Shown: positions 46,180-56,174 of the stretch, piece after piece
How the letters are laid out: every line of letters starts with the position of its first letter
Numbering within the stretch: the first letter of the stretch is position 1
Assembly: GCA_050693035.1 (NCBI GenBank)
Contig: JBOGWB010000076.1
Coordinates: 25,069 to 89,068 of the forward strand
DNA length: 64,000 nucleotides
Source of the DNA: Actinomycetota bacterium
Lineage (GTDB): Bacteria > Actinomycetota > UBA4738 > CALAEC01
Reading direction: 5' to 3'
The notes under the pieces: generated by a model
Told to the model about the DNA's origin: nothing
What the model saw: the letters and a program-made list of their open reading frames with translations, nothing else
Databases searched by the model: none
Made by a program: the position numbers and the translations under genes

Positions 46180-47460
46180 ATGCCGACCTTGCTCCATCCC
46201 GACGATCCCGCTTTCCACCGAATGGTGGCGGCTTTCGAGGGCCCGCCGGAGCCCTGGCTGGCCGTCAACCGGGCCCTCAGGGACGCGATGGTAGCCTACG
46301 CCGCCGAGCGCAGCCCTTACTACCGGTCCGTGGTCCGGCCGGGGATGGCCTTCGAGGACATCCCCATCCTCACCAAGGAGATCATCCGGGAGCGATACGA
46401 CGACCTGATCGCCGACGGCGTCGAGCAGAGCCGGTGGTGGCCTAGCCGGACCGCAGGGAGCTTCGGTCATCCGACCAACTTCCTCCGGGATGCGGTCCAG
46501 GGATACCTGGAGAACCTGTCCGGCCTGCGCTTCCTCAAGTGGATGCAGAACGTGCCCCCGGACGCCACGACCGTCTGGGTATCCGCCTCGCCGCCGCCGC
46601 CCGGCCCCGGGATCCATCCCGTCACCACGGTGACGCTGACGCCGAAGCGCTTCAAGCGAGAGATCCGAGCATGGAGAGGGTTCGAGAGCTACTTCCTGTA
46701 CGGGTTTGCCAGCGCGCTCGAGTGGATGGCCCAGGAGGTGGACCGGCGGGGACTGGCCGTTCCCGCTCTCGAATGCGTCGTGACCACCAGCGAGACCCTC
46801 TCGAAGAGCGCGGCGGATCGCATCCGGCGAGCGTTCGGGGTGCCGATGCACTCCTGGTACGGCTCGAAGGAGATGAACGGCTACATCGCAGGAACCCTTC
46901 CCGGGACGCGGCGCTACGCGGTCAATCCCTTCCTCGTCTACCTCGAGATCCTGGACGAGGACGGACGCTCGGTCCCGCCCGGGCAGACGGGCCGGGTCGT
47001 TCTCACCGACCTCAACAACCTGGTGATGCCGTTCATCCGGTACGACATGGATGACCTGGCCGTGCCCTCGACCGAGGGCTCGGTCGGCGGCTTCCCGCTG
47101 ATCGAGGAGGTGGTCGGCAGAGCGAGCGAGGTGGTCGACCTTCCCAGCGGAAAGGCCATGAGCGCCGTCAGCCTGAGCCAGACCGTCTTCACCACCCACG
47201 GATTCGCTCCGGACATCGATCGCTTCCAGTGCGTCAAGGTGGGGCCCAACGAGCTGGAGTTTCGCGTCCTCTGGAGCCATCCCACCCCTCCGGAGCGCGC
47301 CGCCCGCTTGGCCGAAGCGGTACGGTCGGCTGCGGATCCGGACACCGTCGTCACCATCCGCCCGATCGACCAGGTGGATCGCCTGCCGTCTGGGAAAGCG
47401 TGGCTGCTGCGAGACGAGACCCGCGACGCCGGGACTGACCAGCCGACGCTCGGTCGCTGA
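46180..47460 (+). CDS. Phenylacetate-CoA ligase-family adenylate-forming enzyme (PaaK/F390-synthetase-like)
   Basis: 426 aa; ...TAGSFGHPTNF... (P-loop-like SSGTTG variant), ...WYGSKEMNGYIAG..., C-terminal ...RLPSGKA consistent with the ANL-superfamily PaaK-like group. Confidence 0.55.
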   Translation: MPTLLHPDDPAFHRMVAAFEGPPEPWLAVNRALRDAMVAYAAERSPYYRSVVRPGMAFEDIPILTKEIIRERYDDLIADGVEQSRWWPSRTAGSFGHPTNFLRDAVQGYLENLSGLRFLKWMQNVPPDATTVWVSASPPPPGPGIHPVTTVTLTPKRFKREIRAWRGFESYFLYGFASALEWMAQEVDRRGLAVPALECVVTTSETLSKSAADRIRRAFGVPMHSWYGSKEMNGYIAGTLPGTRRYAVNPFLVYLEILDEDGRSVPPGQTGRVVLTDLNNLVMPFIRYDMDDLAVPSTEGSVGGFPLIEEVVGRASEVVDLPSGKAMSAVSLSQTVFTTHGFAPDIDRFQCVKVGPNELEFRVLWSHPTPPERAARLAEAVRSAADPDTVVTIRPIDQVDRLPSGKAWLLRDETRDAGTDQPTLGR

Positions 47461-47469
47461 CCGAGCGGC

Positions 47470-48672
47470 TCACTCCTCCGCCGGGATGAGGGTGCATGCC
47501 GTGCCGGACAAGGTCACCGTGACCTCGGTGCCGGGGCGCAGGGATTGCGACGGATTGCACCGCGCCCTGATCTCCAGGCTCCCCACCGCGACCACGTGGT
47601 CCACCGACTCTCCCAGGAACGCCCGAGCCTGAACCTCTCCCCGCCAGCCGTGGCCGGCCGAGGGACCAGGCTCTACGGCTCGGAGACCGACCCGCTCAGG
47701 GCGGATGGACACGACGACCTTGCTCCCCTTCCTGAGCCCGGCGCCACCGCCCGTCAGGCGGAGGACCCCTGCGGGCGTTCGAACCGAACACCGGCCCTCC
47801 GGACCAACGTCGACTACCTCGCCCTGGATGAAGTTCGAGCTGCCGATGAAATCTGCCACGAAACGGGACGAGGGGCGCTCGTAGATCTCCCTGGGCTTCC
47901 CCACCTGCTGGATCCGGCCGTCCCGCATGACCGCGATGCGGTTCGACATCGCCAACGCTTCCACCTGATCGTGGGTCACGTACACCGCCGTGATGCCGAG
48001 GCTCCGTTGGAGTCGTTTGAGCTCGAAGCGCATCTCCTCGCGCAACTTCGCATCCAGGTTCGAGAGCGGCTCGTCGAGCAGGAGCAGAGGCGGACGCATC
48101 ACCAGCGCTCGGGCCAGCGCCAGGCGTTGCTGCTGGCCGCCGGACAGGTCGGTGGCTTGCCGGTCGGCCAGCTCGTCGAGCCGTACCACCTGAAGAACCT
48201 CCTCGACGCGTTCCCTGATCTCCTGGCGCGAGGGCCGCCGGCGCTTGGGGAGCACGTGCAGGGGGAACGCCACGTTTCTGTACACGTTCATGTGCGGCCA
48301 GATGGCGTAGGACTGGAAGACCATTCCGAGCCCTCGCTCGTTGGCCGGGACGTTCACGTGTCGCGTCGAGGAGAACAGGGTGCGGCCCGAAACGGCGATC
48401 TCGCCGGCGTCGGGCCGCTCGAGGCCCGCGATGCTGCGAAGCGCGGTCGTCTTTCCGCACCCGGACGGGCCGAGCAGCGTGAACATCTGCCCCGCCGCGA
48501 CGTCGAACGTGATCCCGTCCACCGCCGGTACGGGAGCGCTCCGCGCGGAACGACCGCCGGGGAAGGTCTTCACCAGGCCGGCAACCTCCAGGCCAGGGCC
48601 GTTGCCCCCGCGCTCCCCGGCATCGTCGATGAGGCGGCCGATGCGGAGCCGCCCGTTTGCCCTGGCCCACAC
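47470..48672 (-). CDS. ABC transporter ATP-binding protein (PotA/FbpC-type with C-terminal TOBE-like domain)
   Basis: Walker A GPSGCGKTT, signature LSGGQQQRLALARAL, Walker B LLLLDEPLSNLD, H-loop VTHDQ. Confidence 0.85.
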   Translation of the reverse strand: MWARANGRLRIGRLIDDAGERGGNGPGLEVAGLVKTFPGGRSARSAPVPAVDGITFDVAAGQMFTLLGPSGCGKTTALRSIAGLERPDAGEIAVSGRTLFSSTRHVNVPANERGLGMVFQSYAIWPHMNVYRNVAFPLHVLPKRRRPSRQEIRERVEEVLQVVRLDELADRQATDLSGGQQQRLALARALVMRPPLLLLDEPLSNLDAKLREEMRFELKRLQRSLGITAVYVTHDQVEALAMSNRIAVMRDGRIQQVGKPREIYERPSSRFVADFIGSSNFIQGEVVDVGPEGRCSVRTPAGVLRLTGGGAGLRKGSKVVVSIRPERVGLRAVEPGPSAGHGWRGEVQARAFLGESVDHVVAVGSLEIRARCNPSQSLRPGTEVTVTLSGTACTLIPAEE

Positions 48673-48673
48673 G

Positions 48674-50413
48674 TCAGTGCTCCCTGATGCCGACTCGCGC
48701 CCCCAGCCGGGTGGCCAGGACCACCAGGACGACCAGGGTGAAGACCATCACCATCCCCAGAGCGGCCAACTCAGTGACCTGGCCGTTCTGCCATCGCTCC
48801 CAGATCAGGATGGACAGCACCTCGTCGCCGGGCGAGTACAACAGGATGGAGCTGGACAGCTCCCGGAAGGAGACCAGCACGATGTAGATCCATCCGGCGA
48901 TCAACCCTGGCATCAACAGCGGGAGGTTCACCCGCCGGAAGACCTGCCACCAGGTTGCCCCGCTGGTCTGGGCCGACTCTTCCAGCTCACTACTGATCTG
49001 ATACATCGAGTTGGACGCGGACCGCATGCCGTACGGCATGTACCGGGTGACGTAGGCGATGAACAGGATCCACAGCGTCCCGTAGACGGGCACGGGGAAC
49101 CGCAGGTACACGAAGAGGAGCGAGACCCCCATCACCAGGCCGGGGATTACCAGGGGCACGAACGCCACGTTGTCCACGAGCCACCGGCCGGGCATCCGGG
49201 TCCGAACCACCAACCACGATGCGATCGCCATCAAGAACATCACGAAGGTCGCCGTGCCGATGCCGAGGACCAGGGAGTTGCGGAACGCGGTCAGCGCCTG
49301 AGGCTGCGTGAACGTCGCGACGAAGTTCTCCAGCGACATCCGAGAGAAGCTCTCCACCGACGGTGCCGAGTAGAACGGTTGGGTCGATGAGTAGAGGAGG
49401 ATCAGGACCGGCATCGCCACCGCGATCAGGAAATACACGAAGACCACGGTCGTGGCCGGCCATCGCCACCGCCCGAGCGGGAGCGGCCGGGGCCGGAACC
49501 CCTTCCCGGTGATGGTCTGGAAGGCCCGCCCCCGAGTGGACAGGCGAGAGTAGACGTAGACACCGACCGTCGTCAGGACCAACAGGGAAATGGCAAGGGC
49601 TCCCGCCTCGCCGTACTTCGGCGGGAACGTCCTCAGAGCCGAGAAGATCCGGGAGACGAACACCCAGCAGCGGCATTGCGGGCCGAGGATCGCCGCCACC
49701 TCGAACGCCTCCAGGACCCGGACCCCCATGACCAGGATGGCCGCCATCAGGGCCGGCCGGACCAGCGGCAGGGTGACCCGGCGAACCACCGTTCGCAGAC
49801 GGGCCCCGCTCATGAGGGCCGACTCCTCGAGCGAGGGGTCCATCGACCGGAAGGCCGCCGCCATCAGCAGGAACACCAGGGGCGACAGGTGGAGGCCCTC
49901 GACCAGGATCATCCCCGGCATGCTGAAGATGTCGAAGGCCCGCGGTCCGAAGAAGGGCTCGAGCCACGCGTTGAAGAGGCCGGTCCTCGGACTGAGCAGC
50001 AGGATCCAGGCTACCGTGTGCAGGATCCCCGGGATGATCAGTGGCACGAGCGAGGCCGCGAAGATCACCCGCTTGAGGGGGACATCGGTGCGAACCTGGA
50101 GGTACGCCAGGGTGGTGCCGATGACGACCGACAGCACCGTCGACCCGATGGCAAAGGTGGCCGAGTTGGTCGCCACCTCCCCGAGGCCGATCCGCGCGTA
50201 CGCCTGCTCGAAGAACCGAAGCGTGAAGCCCTGCTGGTCGAAGAACGTGCCCCACAGGAGGTATCCGACAGGAACGATCGCCAGGTAGACGATCGCGGCG
50301 ACCACGGCGCCGATGATGAGGTTCCGTGGCTGGAACACGCTCGTCACGGAGCGGCGGTCCCAGGCAGGGAGCCGTCCCGCCACCGTCGTCCGTGCCATCC
50401 GGCTACCTCCCAA
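48674..50413 (-). CDS. Fused two-domain ABC permease (FbpB/ThiP-like, 2 x 6 TM)
   Basis: 579 aa, two repeats of the binding-protein-dependent permease fold with EAA-like loops (EESALMSGARL..., LEESAQTSGATWWQVF). Confidence 0.8.
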   Translation of the reverse strand: MGGSRMARTTVAGRLPAWDRRSVTSVFQPRNLIIGAVVAAIVYLAIVPVGYLLWGTFFDQQGFTLRFFEQAYARIGLGEVATNSATFAIGSTVLSVVIGTTLAYLQVRTDVPLKRVIFAASLVPLIIPGILHTVAWILLLSPRTGLFNAWLEPFFGPRAFDIFSMPGMILVEGLHLSPLVFLLMAAAFRSMDPSLEESALMSGARLRTVVRRVTLPLVRPALMAAILVMGVRVLEAFEVAAILGPQCRCWVFVSRIFSALRTFPPKYGEAGALAISLLVLTTVGVYVYSRLSTRGRAFQTITGKGFRPRPLPLGRWRWPATTVVFVYFLIAVAMPVLILLYSSTQPFYSAPSVESFSRMSLENFVATFTQPQALTAFRNSLVLGIGTATFVMFLMAIASWLVVRTRMPGRWLVDNVAFVPLVIPGLVMGVSLLFVYLRFPVPVYGTLWILFIAYVTRYMPYGMRSASNSMYQISSELEESAQTSGATWWQVFRRVNLPLLMPGLIAGWIYIVLVSFRELSSSILLYSPGDEVLSILIWERWQNGQVTELAALGMVMVFTLVVLVVLATRLGARVGIREH

Positions 50414-50430
50414 ACCCTCGACCGCGCATC

Positions 50431-50934
50431 CTACCCCTGGGCCGGGTGGCGCTCGATGTTGTGCATCCGGAGGTGACGCATCAGGGGAACAGTGTGGATC
50501 GCCAGGTATCGGGCGGGCTCATCCTCCGACAGGTTGAAGTGCTGGTGCCACGCCCACACGGGTGGAGAGAACAGCGAGCCCTCCTCCCAGTCGATCCGCT
50601 CCTCGGGCTCGCCGTCGAAGTTGATGGTCGAGTAGCCATGCCCCCGCACGATGTACAGGTACGCCTCGTTGGTATGACGGTGCCGCACCGATGCCTCGCC
50701 GGGGAGGAGCTCGCCGATATGCCCATCGATGCACCGGTTCTCCGCCAGGCGGAAGTACCGGCCTCGGTTGTTGCGCCAGGGGCGCTCCGGCAGCTCCATG
50801 GTCCGAAGGTCCCCCGGGATGACGAGCCCCTCGAGCGGAGGATACTTCCGATTGAACTCGTCGCGAGACGCGATCTCCGTGGCGTCGCGGTGAGCGGCAT
50901 CGGTAGCAAGGACTTGACGGTCTCCCAGCTGCAT
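50431..50934 (-). CDS. Cupin-domain protein
   Basis: ...GEASVRHRHTNEAYLYIVRGHGYSTING... conserved cupin motif with His ligands. Confidence 0.6.
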   Translation of the reverse strand: MQLGDRQVLATDAAHRDATEIASRDEFNRKYPPLEGLVIPGDLRTMELPERPWRNNRGRYFRLAENRCIDGHIGELLPGEASVRHRHTNEAYLYIVRGHGYSTINFDGEPEERIDWEEGSLFSPPVWAWHQHFNLSEDEPARYLAIHTVPLMRHLRMHNIERHPAQG

Positions 50935-51011
50935 GGGCTGCTCCTTGTTCGGCCTGGACGGGTGCCAGCCGGCTCAGAAGGTCTGCCGGTCCTGCCGAAA
51001 AACCAGAGGCA

Positions 51012-52754
51012 TCACCTCCGCTGGCATACGACGTCCACGAGTGACGGCCGCCGCTCGGTGAGGACGACCTCCGTGGCTCGCGCGATGGCCTTGTGGAGAT
51101 CCTCGGGGTCCTCGATCGGCCCCTCGGCGTGCCACCCCAGCGCCCGGGCAACTCCGGCGAAGTCCGGTGCCGGCCGATCGATCTCCAACCCGATCCCGGC
51201 GTTGTCGACCGGGGTCCCCCGGCTGCGAGCGATCCGCTCCTGGTGCTCTCGGTCGTTGTGGTACGACCGGTTGTTGAACATCACAACGAGCATCGGGATC
51301 CGGTGGTGAGCCGCCACCCACAGGGCCCCAATGTCGAACATCAGGTCCCCGTCGGGCTGGAGGTCCACGACGAGCCGGCCAGCATCGCGGTGAGCCAGCG
51401 CCACGCCGAGAGAGAGCCCGATCTGGGTCGCGGTCCCCAGGCTCCGCCCCGGATGCCGGTGCGGACGGTCGAAGTCCCAGGTCCGAAGGGCCCAGCCGGA
51501 CGCCGTACCGGCGGTCAGCACCCAGTCGTGGCTCCGGATCTCCCCCCACACCTCCCCCGCCAGTCGCGCCGTGGACACGGGCGAGAGGTCCGCGTCCCGG
51601 ACGGCTTCCCGCCGCCAGCCGTCCCACACCTGCTCGTGGATCCGGGCGAGCTCGGACCGACGGCGCCTGCGGGCCTCGGCCCGAGCAGCGTCATCCTTGG
51701 CGACGAGCCTCCGGATGAGTCCGAGTAGCTCGCGGAGGGCCACCACGCTGTCGGCGGTAATCCGGAGATCGGCTTCGTGGAGCTGGGTGAAGTCGTGGGA
51801 CCAGGCCGAGATCCCCTGCTCGTTGAAGCCCATGTCCACGATGGTGGCCCTCTCCGCGATGCGGGACCGGGACGTCCGCGCGGTGGGATCGACGTCCTGG
51901 GTGGGCCTGCCCATGTCCTTCACGTCGACGAACAGCACCAAGTCAGCTTCCTCCAAAGCGTGCGACCCGGTGACGTTCAGGGGATGGCGGTTGGGAAAGT
52001 TGAGCCGGATGCCCGTGTCGATCACCCCCATGGCCACCAGCTCGGCCAGATCGACGAGTTGTCCGAACGCGTCGGGATCCCGTCCCGCGTACCCGGGGAT
52101 CATGACCGGCCGCTCCGCGGCGACGAGCAGCTCTGCCGCCCGGCGGAGGGCGACGGGGTCCGGCCCGATCCGCGTCGGGGCAGCCAGACGTTCCAGGTCG
52201 GGCAGGACGAGATCAGGTGGCACCTGCTCCTCCTGGAGCGCGGCGTCCAGGGCCACATAGACCGGCCCCGCCGGCTCGGAGGTGGCCACCCTGACCGCCC
52301 GGACCATAGATTCGGGGATGGATGCGATCGAGGCCGGTTGGTCGTCCCACTTGGTGTAGTCGCGGACGGCGTTCCCCTGGACGTTGGCCGAGTGGATCCA
52401 GTCGATGCCCGGGCGGCGGCGGGTCAAATCCATGGGCCCCGCCCCGCCCAGGGCCAGCATGGGCACTCGGTCGACGTACGCGCAGTAGATGCCCATGGAC
52501 CCGTGCAACAATCCCACCAGGTCGTGGAGGATCACCGCCATGGGGTCCCCCGACGCCTTGGCGAACCCGTGAGCCAGACCCACCGCGACCTTCTCATGGG
52601 GGCACAGGATGATCTCCGGCGAGTTCTCCCCGTGGTTCACCAGGGAGTGGTGCAGCCCGCGGAAGGATGAGCCGGGATTGAGGCTCGCGTACCGAAACCC
52701 GAGGGCCTGAAGGAGGTCGACGACCACATCGGAGCCGTACCGCGTCGCCGTCAC
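51012..52754 (-). CDS. Thiamine-pyrophosphate-dependent enzyme (acetolactate synthase / benzoylformate decarboxylase superfamily)
   Basis: 580 aa, three-domain layout: N-terminal Pyr domain (VVDLLQALGFRYASLNPGSS...), central domain, C-terminal PP domain with GDG-(X)n-N motif (LQPDGDLMFDIGALWVAAHHRIPMLVVMFNN). Confidence 0.75.
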   Translation of the reverse strand: MTATRYGSDVVVDLLQALGFRYASLNPGSSFRGLHHSLVNHGENSPEIILCPHEKVAVGLAHGFAKASGDPMAVILHDLVGLLHGSMGIYCAYVDRVPMLALGGAGPMDLTRRRPGIDWIHSANVQGNAVRDYTKWDDQPASIASIPESMVRAVRVATSEPAGPVYVALDAALQEEQVPPDLVLPDLERLAAPTRIGPDPVALRRAAELLVAAERPVMIPGYAGRDPDAFGQLVDLAELVAMGVIDTGIRLNFPNRHPLNVTGSHALEEADLVLFVDVKDMGRPTQDVDPTARTSRSRIAERATIVDMGFNEQGISAWSHDFTQLHEADLRITADSVVALRELLGLIRRLVAKDDAARAEARRRRRSELARIHEQVWDGWRREAVRDADLSPVSTARLAGEVWGEIRSHDWVLTAGTASGWALRTWDFDRPHRHPGRSLGTATQIGLSLGVALAHRDAGRLVVDLQPDGDLMFDIGALWVAAHHRIPMLVVMFNNRSYHNDREHQERIARSRGTPVDNAGIGLEIDRPAPDFAGVARALGWHAEGPIEDPEDLHKAIARATEVVLTERRPSLVDVVCQRR

Positions 52755-52814
52755 GGCCGCTCGGCTCCCCTCGATCGGACCGTAGCTGGACGCACCCTCA
52801 GGAAGGCCCCCCGT

Positions 52815-53942
52815 TCAGTCCTCGACCACCTCGCCGCCCGAGCCCTCGATGATCTCCGCCCAGAGGCCCTCCCACTTCTCGCGCTCCTCGAGCAGCGCGT
52901 CGAGGTCCACGACGATGGTATCGACCCCGGAGGGGATGCCCCCTCCCTCGACGCCCTCGGTGGCCGGCTGACGGTCGATGTCAAGGAGAAGCTGCTGGGC
53001 TTCGGTCATCATGAACTCCAGGAAGAGGAGGGCGGAGGCCGGATGCACCGCGTACCGGTGGATGGCGATGCCGTTCGGCCGGACGATTATGGGCTCGGGC
53101 CCGCCCTCCCACTCCACGGGCGCACCTTCTTTCTTGTGCTGCAGCACCCCGTGCAGGTAGGTCGACGCGGCGTAGTCGTACTCCCCCGCGGCCAGGAGCT
53201 CGAGCATCAGGCTGTGGCCGTTCACGAGTGACGCGTTCCGGGCCGCTTGCCGGAACAGGTCGATCGCCTCCTTCTCGGTCATCCCGTTCCTCTCGACGAA
53301 GTAGCTCTTGACCAGCGTGGCGAACCAGTCGAAGTCGCCGACCTCCAGGGCCAGGCCGTCCTCGATCGACAGGACGTCCTCCCAGCTCGTGGGACCCGTG
53401 GAAACGCTGTCGGTGTTCCAGGAGGCCGCGAAGGTGTTGAGGTAGAACCACACCCAGTTGTCGAAGACTCCCTCCTCCGGGACCCGGTCGGTCACGGGGG
53501 AATCCAGTGGGGCGAGGAGGCCTTCCCCGTCGATGACCTGGAGCTCCGGCCCGTTGGTGAGCACGACGTCCGTGCCGGGGAAGCCGGCATCGGCTTCCTG
53601 GAGCACCCGTTGGAGGACGTCGGCCGACGACGCCCGGTAGTAGTTGACCTCGAGACCCGTCAGGCTCTCGAACTCGTCGATCATGGGGAACACGTCGTCC
53701 AGGTTGGTGGACCCGTAGGCGTTGAAACTCCCTCCCTCCTCCGCCGCCATCTGGATGAGCCGCTCTCGCCGTGCATCAGGCTCGAGCCCCTCGAGCTCGC
53801 CGTTGATCTCGTTGAGGCGGCCGGTGACGTCCACCAGTCCGCTGTCGCCGTCCCCTTCGGCGGTCGGAGGCGGGGTGCACGCCGCCGCCAACAGCAGGCA
53901 GGCCATGACGAGCAGACGGGACCTCGGACCTGCCGGTCGCAT
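52815..53942 (-). CDS. ABC transporter periplasmic substrate-binding lipoprotein (Fe3+/thiamine/AEP-type SBP)
   Basis: Lipobox signal (MRPAGPRSRLLVMACLLLAAAC); type-II SBP fold features; start inferred (ATG 53942) inside longer ORF. Confidence 0.65.
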   Translation of the reverse strand: MRPAGPRSRLLVMACLLLAAACTPPPTAEGDGDSGLVDVTGRLNEINGELEGLEPDARRERLIQMAAEEGGSFNAYGSTNLDDVFPMIDEFESLTGLEVNYYRASSADVLQRVLQEADAGFPGTDVVLTNGPELQVIDGEGLLAPLDSPVTDRVPEEGVFDNWVWFYLNTFAASWNTDSVSTGPTSWEDVLSIEDGLALEVGDFDWFATLVKSYFVERNGMTEKEAIDLFRQAARNASLVNGHSLMLELLAAGEYDYAASTYLHGVLQHKKEGAPVEWEGGPEPIIVRPNGIAIHRYAVHPASALLFLEFMMTEAQQLLLDIDRQPATEGVEGGGIPSGVDTIVVDLDALLEEREKWEGLWAEIIEGSGGEVVED

Positions 53943-54024
53943 CACCCCTCCCAGCCGAGCCGAACACTCATCCATGCTGGCCACGCGTGTCAAGCACGGT
54001 GCACCCGAACCGGATCCGCGCGCC

Positions 54025-55140
54025 TCAGCCGCATACCCGCTGGCGTGGGAAGGCCAGGACGGCCTCGGCCACGGCCTCCACCTCGTCATCGCTGAGGAAG
54101 GCATGCACAGGCAGCGACAGCACCCGCGTTGCGGCGTCCTCCGCGTTCGGGGCCCGAACCGGTTTCCCCGAGGCGAACACGCGGTGTCGGTGGAGCGGGG
54201 CCGGATACTGGACCATCGTCTCGACGCCCCAGCCCGCCAGGTGATCCCGGAGCGCGTCGCGGTGCGGCGTGGCGACCACGTACTTCTGGAACACGTGCTC
54301 CGCGTCCGGCAGGACGGCCGGGACCGTCAGGTGGTCCGAGCCCTGGAGAGCCTCGGAGTACCGGCCCGCGATCTTGCGGCGCCGCCGGATCCACTCCGCA
54401 TTGTGACGCAGCTTGATCCCGAGCACCGCGGCGACGAGCGTCGACATCTGGGAGTTGAACCCGAGGCTCTCGACCGTCCGGTCCGCCGTTCTCCCGTGGT
54501 AGCGGAGCAGGCGGACGCGCTCGGCAACCTCGTCCTCGTCGGTGAGGACCATCCCGCCGCTGCCGGGCGCACTGATCGTCTTGAACGGATCGAAGCTCAG
54601 GCAGCTCGCCTGACCCACGCTCCCCGCGGGCCTTCCGGCGAAGCTGGCCCCCAATGCCTGGGCGGCGTCCTCGATCACGACCAAGTCGTGCTGTTGGGCG
54701 AACGCCTCCGCCGCCGCCGGATCGGACATCTGCCCGAATAGGTGGACGGAGATCACCGCCCGGGTGCGTGAGGTGACCAGCCGCTCCGCCACTTCCAGGT
54801 CCATGTTGAACGTGGCCGGATGGATGTCCACGAACAGCGGGGTGGCGCCGCAGCGCAGGATGCACGAGGCGGAGGCCACGAAGGAGAAGTCCGTCACCAG
54901 GACCTCGTCGTCCGGGCCCAACCCCAGGGCGAGTAGGGCAAAGTACAGGGCGTCGGTGCACGAGTTCACGGCGATCCCGTGCCGGCGGCCCGCCAGGCCG
55001 GCCACCTCTCGTTCGAGCTCCACGACGGCCTGGCCCTGGAGCACGGGGCCGGAAGCCAGAACTTCATCGATCGCCGGGAGCACCTCATGCCGCAGCTGGA
55101 CGTACTCCCGCTCCGCGTCGTAGAAGGGTATTTCCCTCAC
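54025..55140 (-). CDS. DegT/DnrJ/EryC1/StrS-family PLP-dependent aminotransferase
   Basis: ...VLVTDFSFVASASCI...VISVHLFGQ...DAAQALGASFAGRPAGSVGQASCLSFDPFKTIS...; GTG start at 55140 inferred. Confidence 0.75.
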   Translation of the reverse strand: MREIPFYDAEREYVQLRHEVLPAIDEVLASGPVLQGQAVVELEREVAGLAGRRHGIAVNSCTDALYFALLALGLGPDDEVLVTDFSFVASASCILRCGATPLFVDIHPATFNMDLEVAERLVTSRTRAVISVHLFGQMSDPAAAEAFAQQHDLVVIEDAAQALGASFAGRPAGSVGQASCLSFDPFKTISAPGSGGMVLTDEDEVAERVRLLRYHGRTADRTVESLGFNSQMSTLVAAVLGIKLRHNAEWIRRRRKIAGRYSEALQGSDHLTVPAVLPDAEHVFQKYVVATPHRDALRDHLAGWGVETMVQYPAPLHRHRVFASGKPVRAPNAEDAATRVLSLPVHAFLSDDEVEAVAEAVLAFPRQRVCG

Positions 55141-55358
55141 TGCACCGGCAGGATAACGGAGCCGCCAGGGCCGCTCCCCAGGGGCGCCCACCCAGCCGCC
55201 TCGCCCGTCGCTTCGTCGACGATCTCGAATATGCTCGAAGTCCTCTCGCTCGTACCGGGTTTGGCGTTCGGCGATCTGCTCTGGGCTCTGGGCCGCCTGG
55301 GGTGCTCCTCCACCCATTGGACGTCCTCGTCGGCGGAAAGGCTACTCCACCGGTCGTC

Positions 55359-56036
55359 TCATCTCTCGGGGCGGCGCACGCCCACCTCGTCGAGATGGGC
55401 GAGGAGATCCGCGGGATCCTCGTACACGCGGTAGGCCCCCGCGCTCTGGAGCTCTTCCGCGCCGTAGCCTCCGGATAGGAGCCCAACGCCGAGGGCCCGG
55501 GCCCGCCGAGCAGCGAGAAGGTCCCACACGCTGTCCCCGACCACGACGGAGTCCTCGATGTCCACGGCGAGCCGCTCCGCGGCGGTGAGGAACAGGTCGG
55601 GGTCTGGCTTGGCCCGCTCTACCTGATCCCGAGTGACGATGGGGACGCCGTCGGGTACTCCCAGCGACGCGATGGCCGGGGCGGCGATCTCACTGTACCC
55701 GCTGGTGGCGATGGCCCACGGCACCTCGAGCTCGGTGAGCAAGGCGAGGAGCTCCCGGGCGCCGGGGAGCGGCCGGGCTCTGACCGCCCGTTCGTGGTAG
55801 GCCTCGGCGTGCAGCGTCCGAAGCCGCTCCGCTTCCCGGGCGGTCACCTCCCGGCCCGTCTCACGCAGCAGCGCCGCCGTGAGCAGACCGCCGCTCATCC
55901 CGATCTTCCGATGGATACGCCACACGGAGAGTCGCATCCCCATCTCTTCGAGTGCTTCCTGCCACGCGAGGACATGGTGGTAGACGGTATCGACGAGCGT
56001 GCCGTCGAGGTCGAATACGAACGCCTGACGCTTCAT
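55359..56036 (-). CDS. HAD-IA family hydrolase (phosphatase)
   Basis: MKRQAFVFDLDGTLVDT (motif I), ...IATSG..., ...VVVGDSVWDLLAA (motif III). ATG at 56036; the longer ORF upstream runs antisense through the tRNA. Confidence 0.75.
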   Translation of the reverse strand: MKRQAFVFDLDGTLVDTVYHHVLAWQEALEEMGMRLSVWRIHRKIGMSGGLLTAALLRETGREVTAREAERLRTLHAEAYHERAVRARPLPGARELLALLTELEVPWAIATSGYSEIAAPAIASLGVPDGVPIVTRDQVERAKPDPDLFLTAAERLAVDIEDSVVVGDSVWDLLAARRARALGVGLLSGGYGAEELQSAGAYRVYEDPADLLAHLDEVGVRRPER

Positions 56037-56055
56037 CCACCCACCTGGTTCGGTC

Positions 56056-56129
56056 GAGCTGGCGGTGGGATTCGAACCCACGACCTGGCGATTACAAGTC
56101 GCCTGCGCTACCGGGCTGCGCCACGCCAG
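56056..56129 (-). tRNA. tRNA-Thr (anticodon TGT)
   Basis: Minus-strand GCTGGCG/CGCCAGC acceptor (perfect 7 bp), D arm GGCGCAGCCCGGTAGCGCA, anticodon stem GGCGA/TCGCC with loop CTTGTAA (TGT), T arm GTGGGTTCGAATCCCAC, discriminator T; CCA not encoded. Confidence 0.85.
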
Positions 56130-56174
56130 CCGGACGATTGTAGCCAGCCCCGGGCGCCCCGGTTCGCGGGTGGG

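Noticed and set aside
56038-56081. N-terminal extension of the HAD hydrolase ORF (MGSNPTASSTEPGGW...)
   Set aside because: It runs antisense through tRNA-Thr; the true start is the ATG at 56036 just before the DxD motif.
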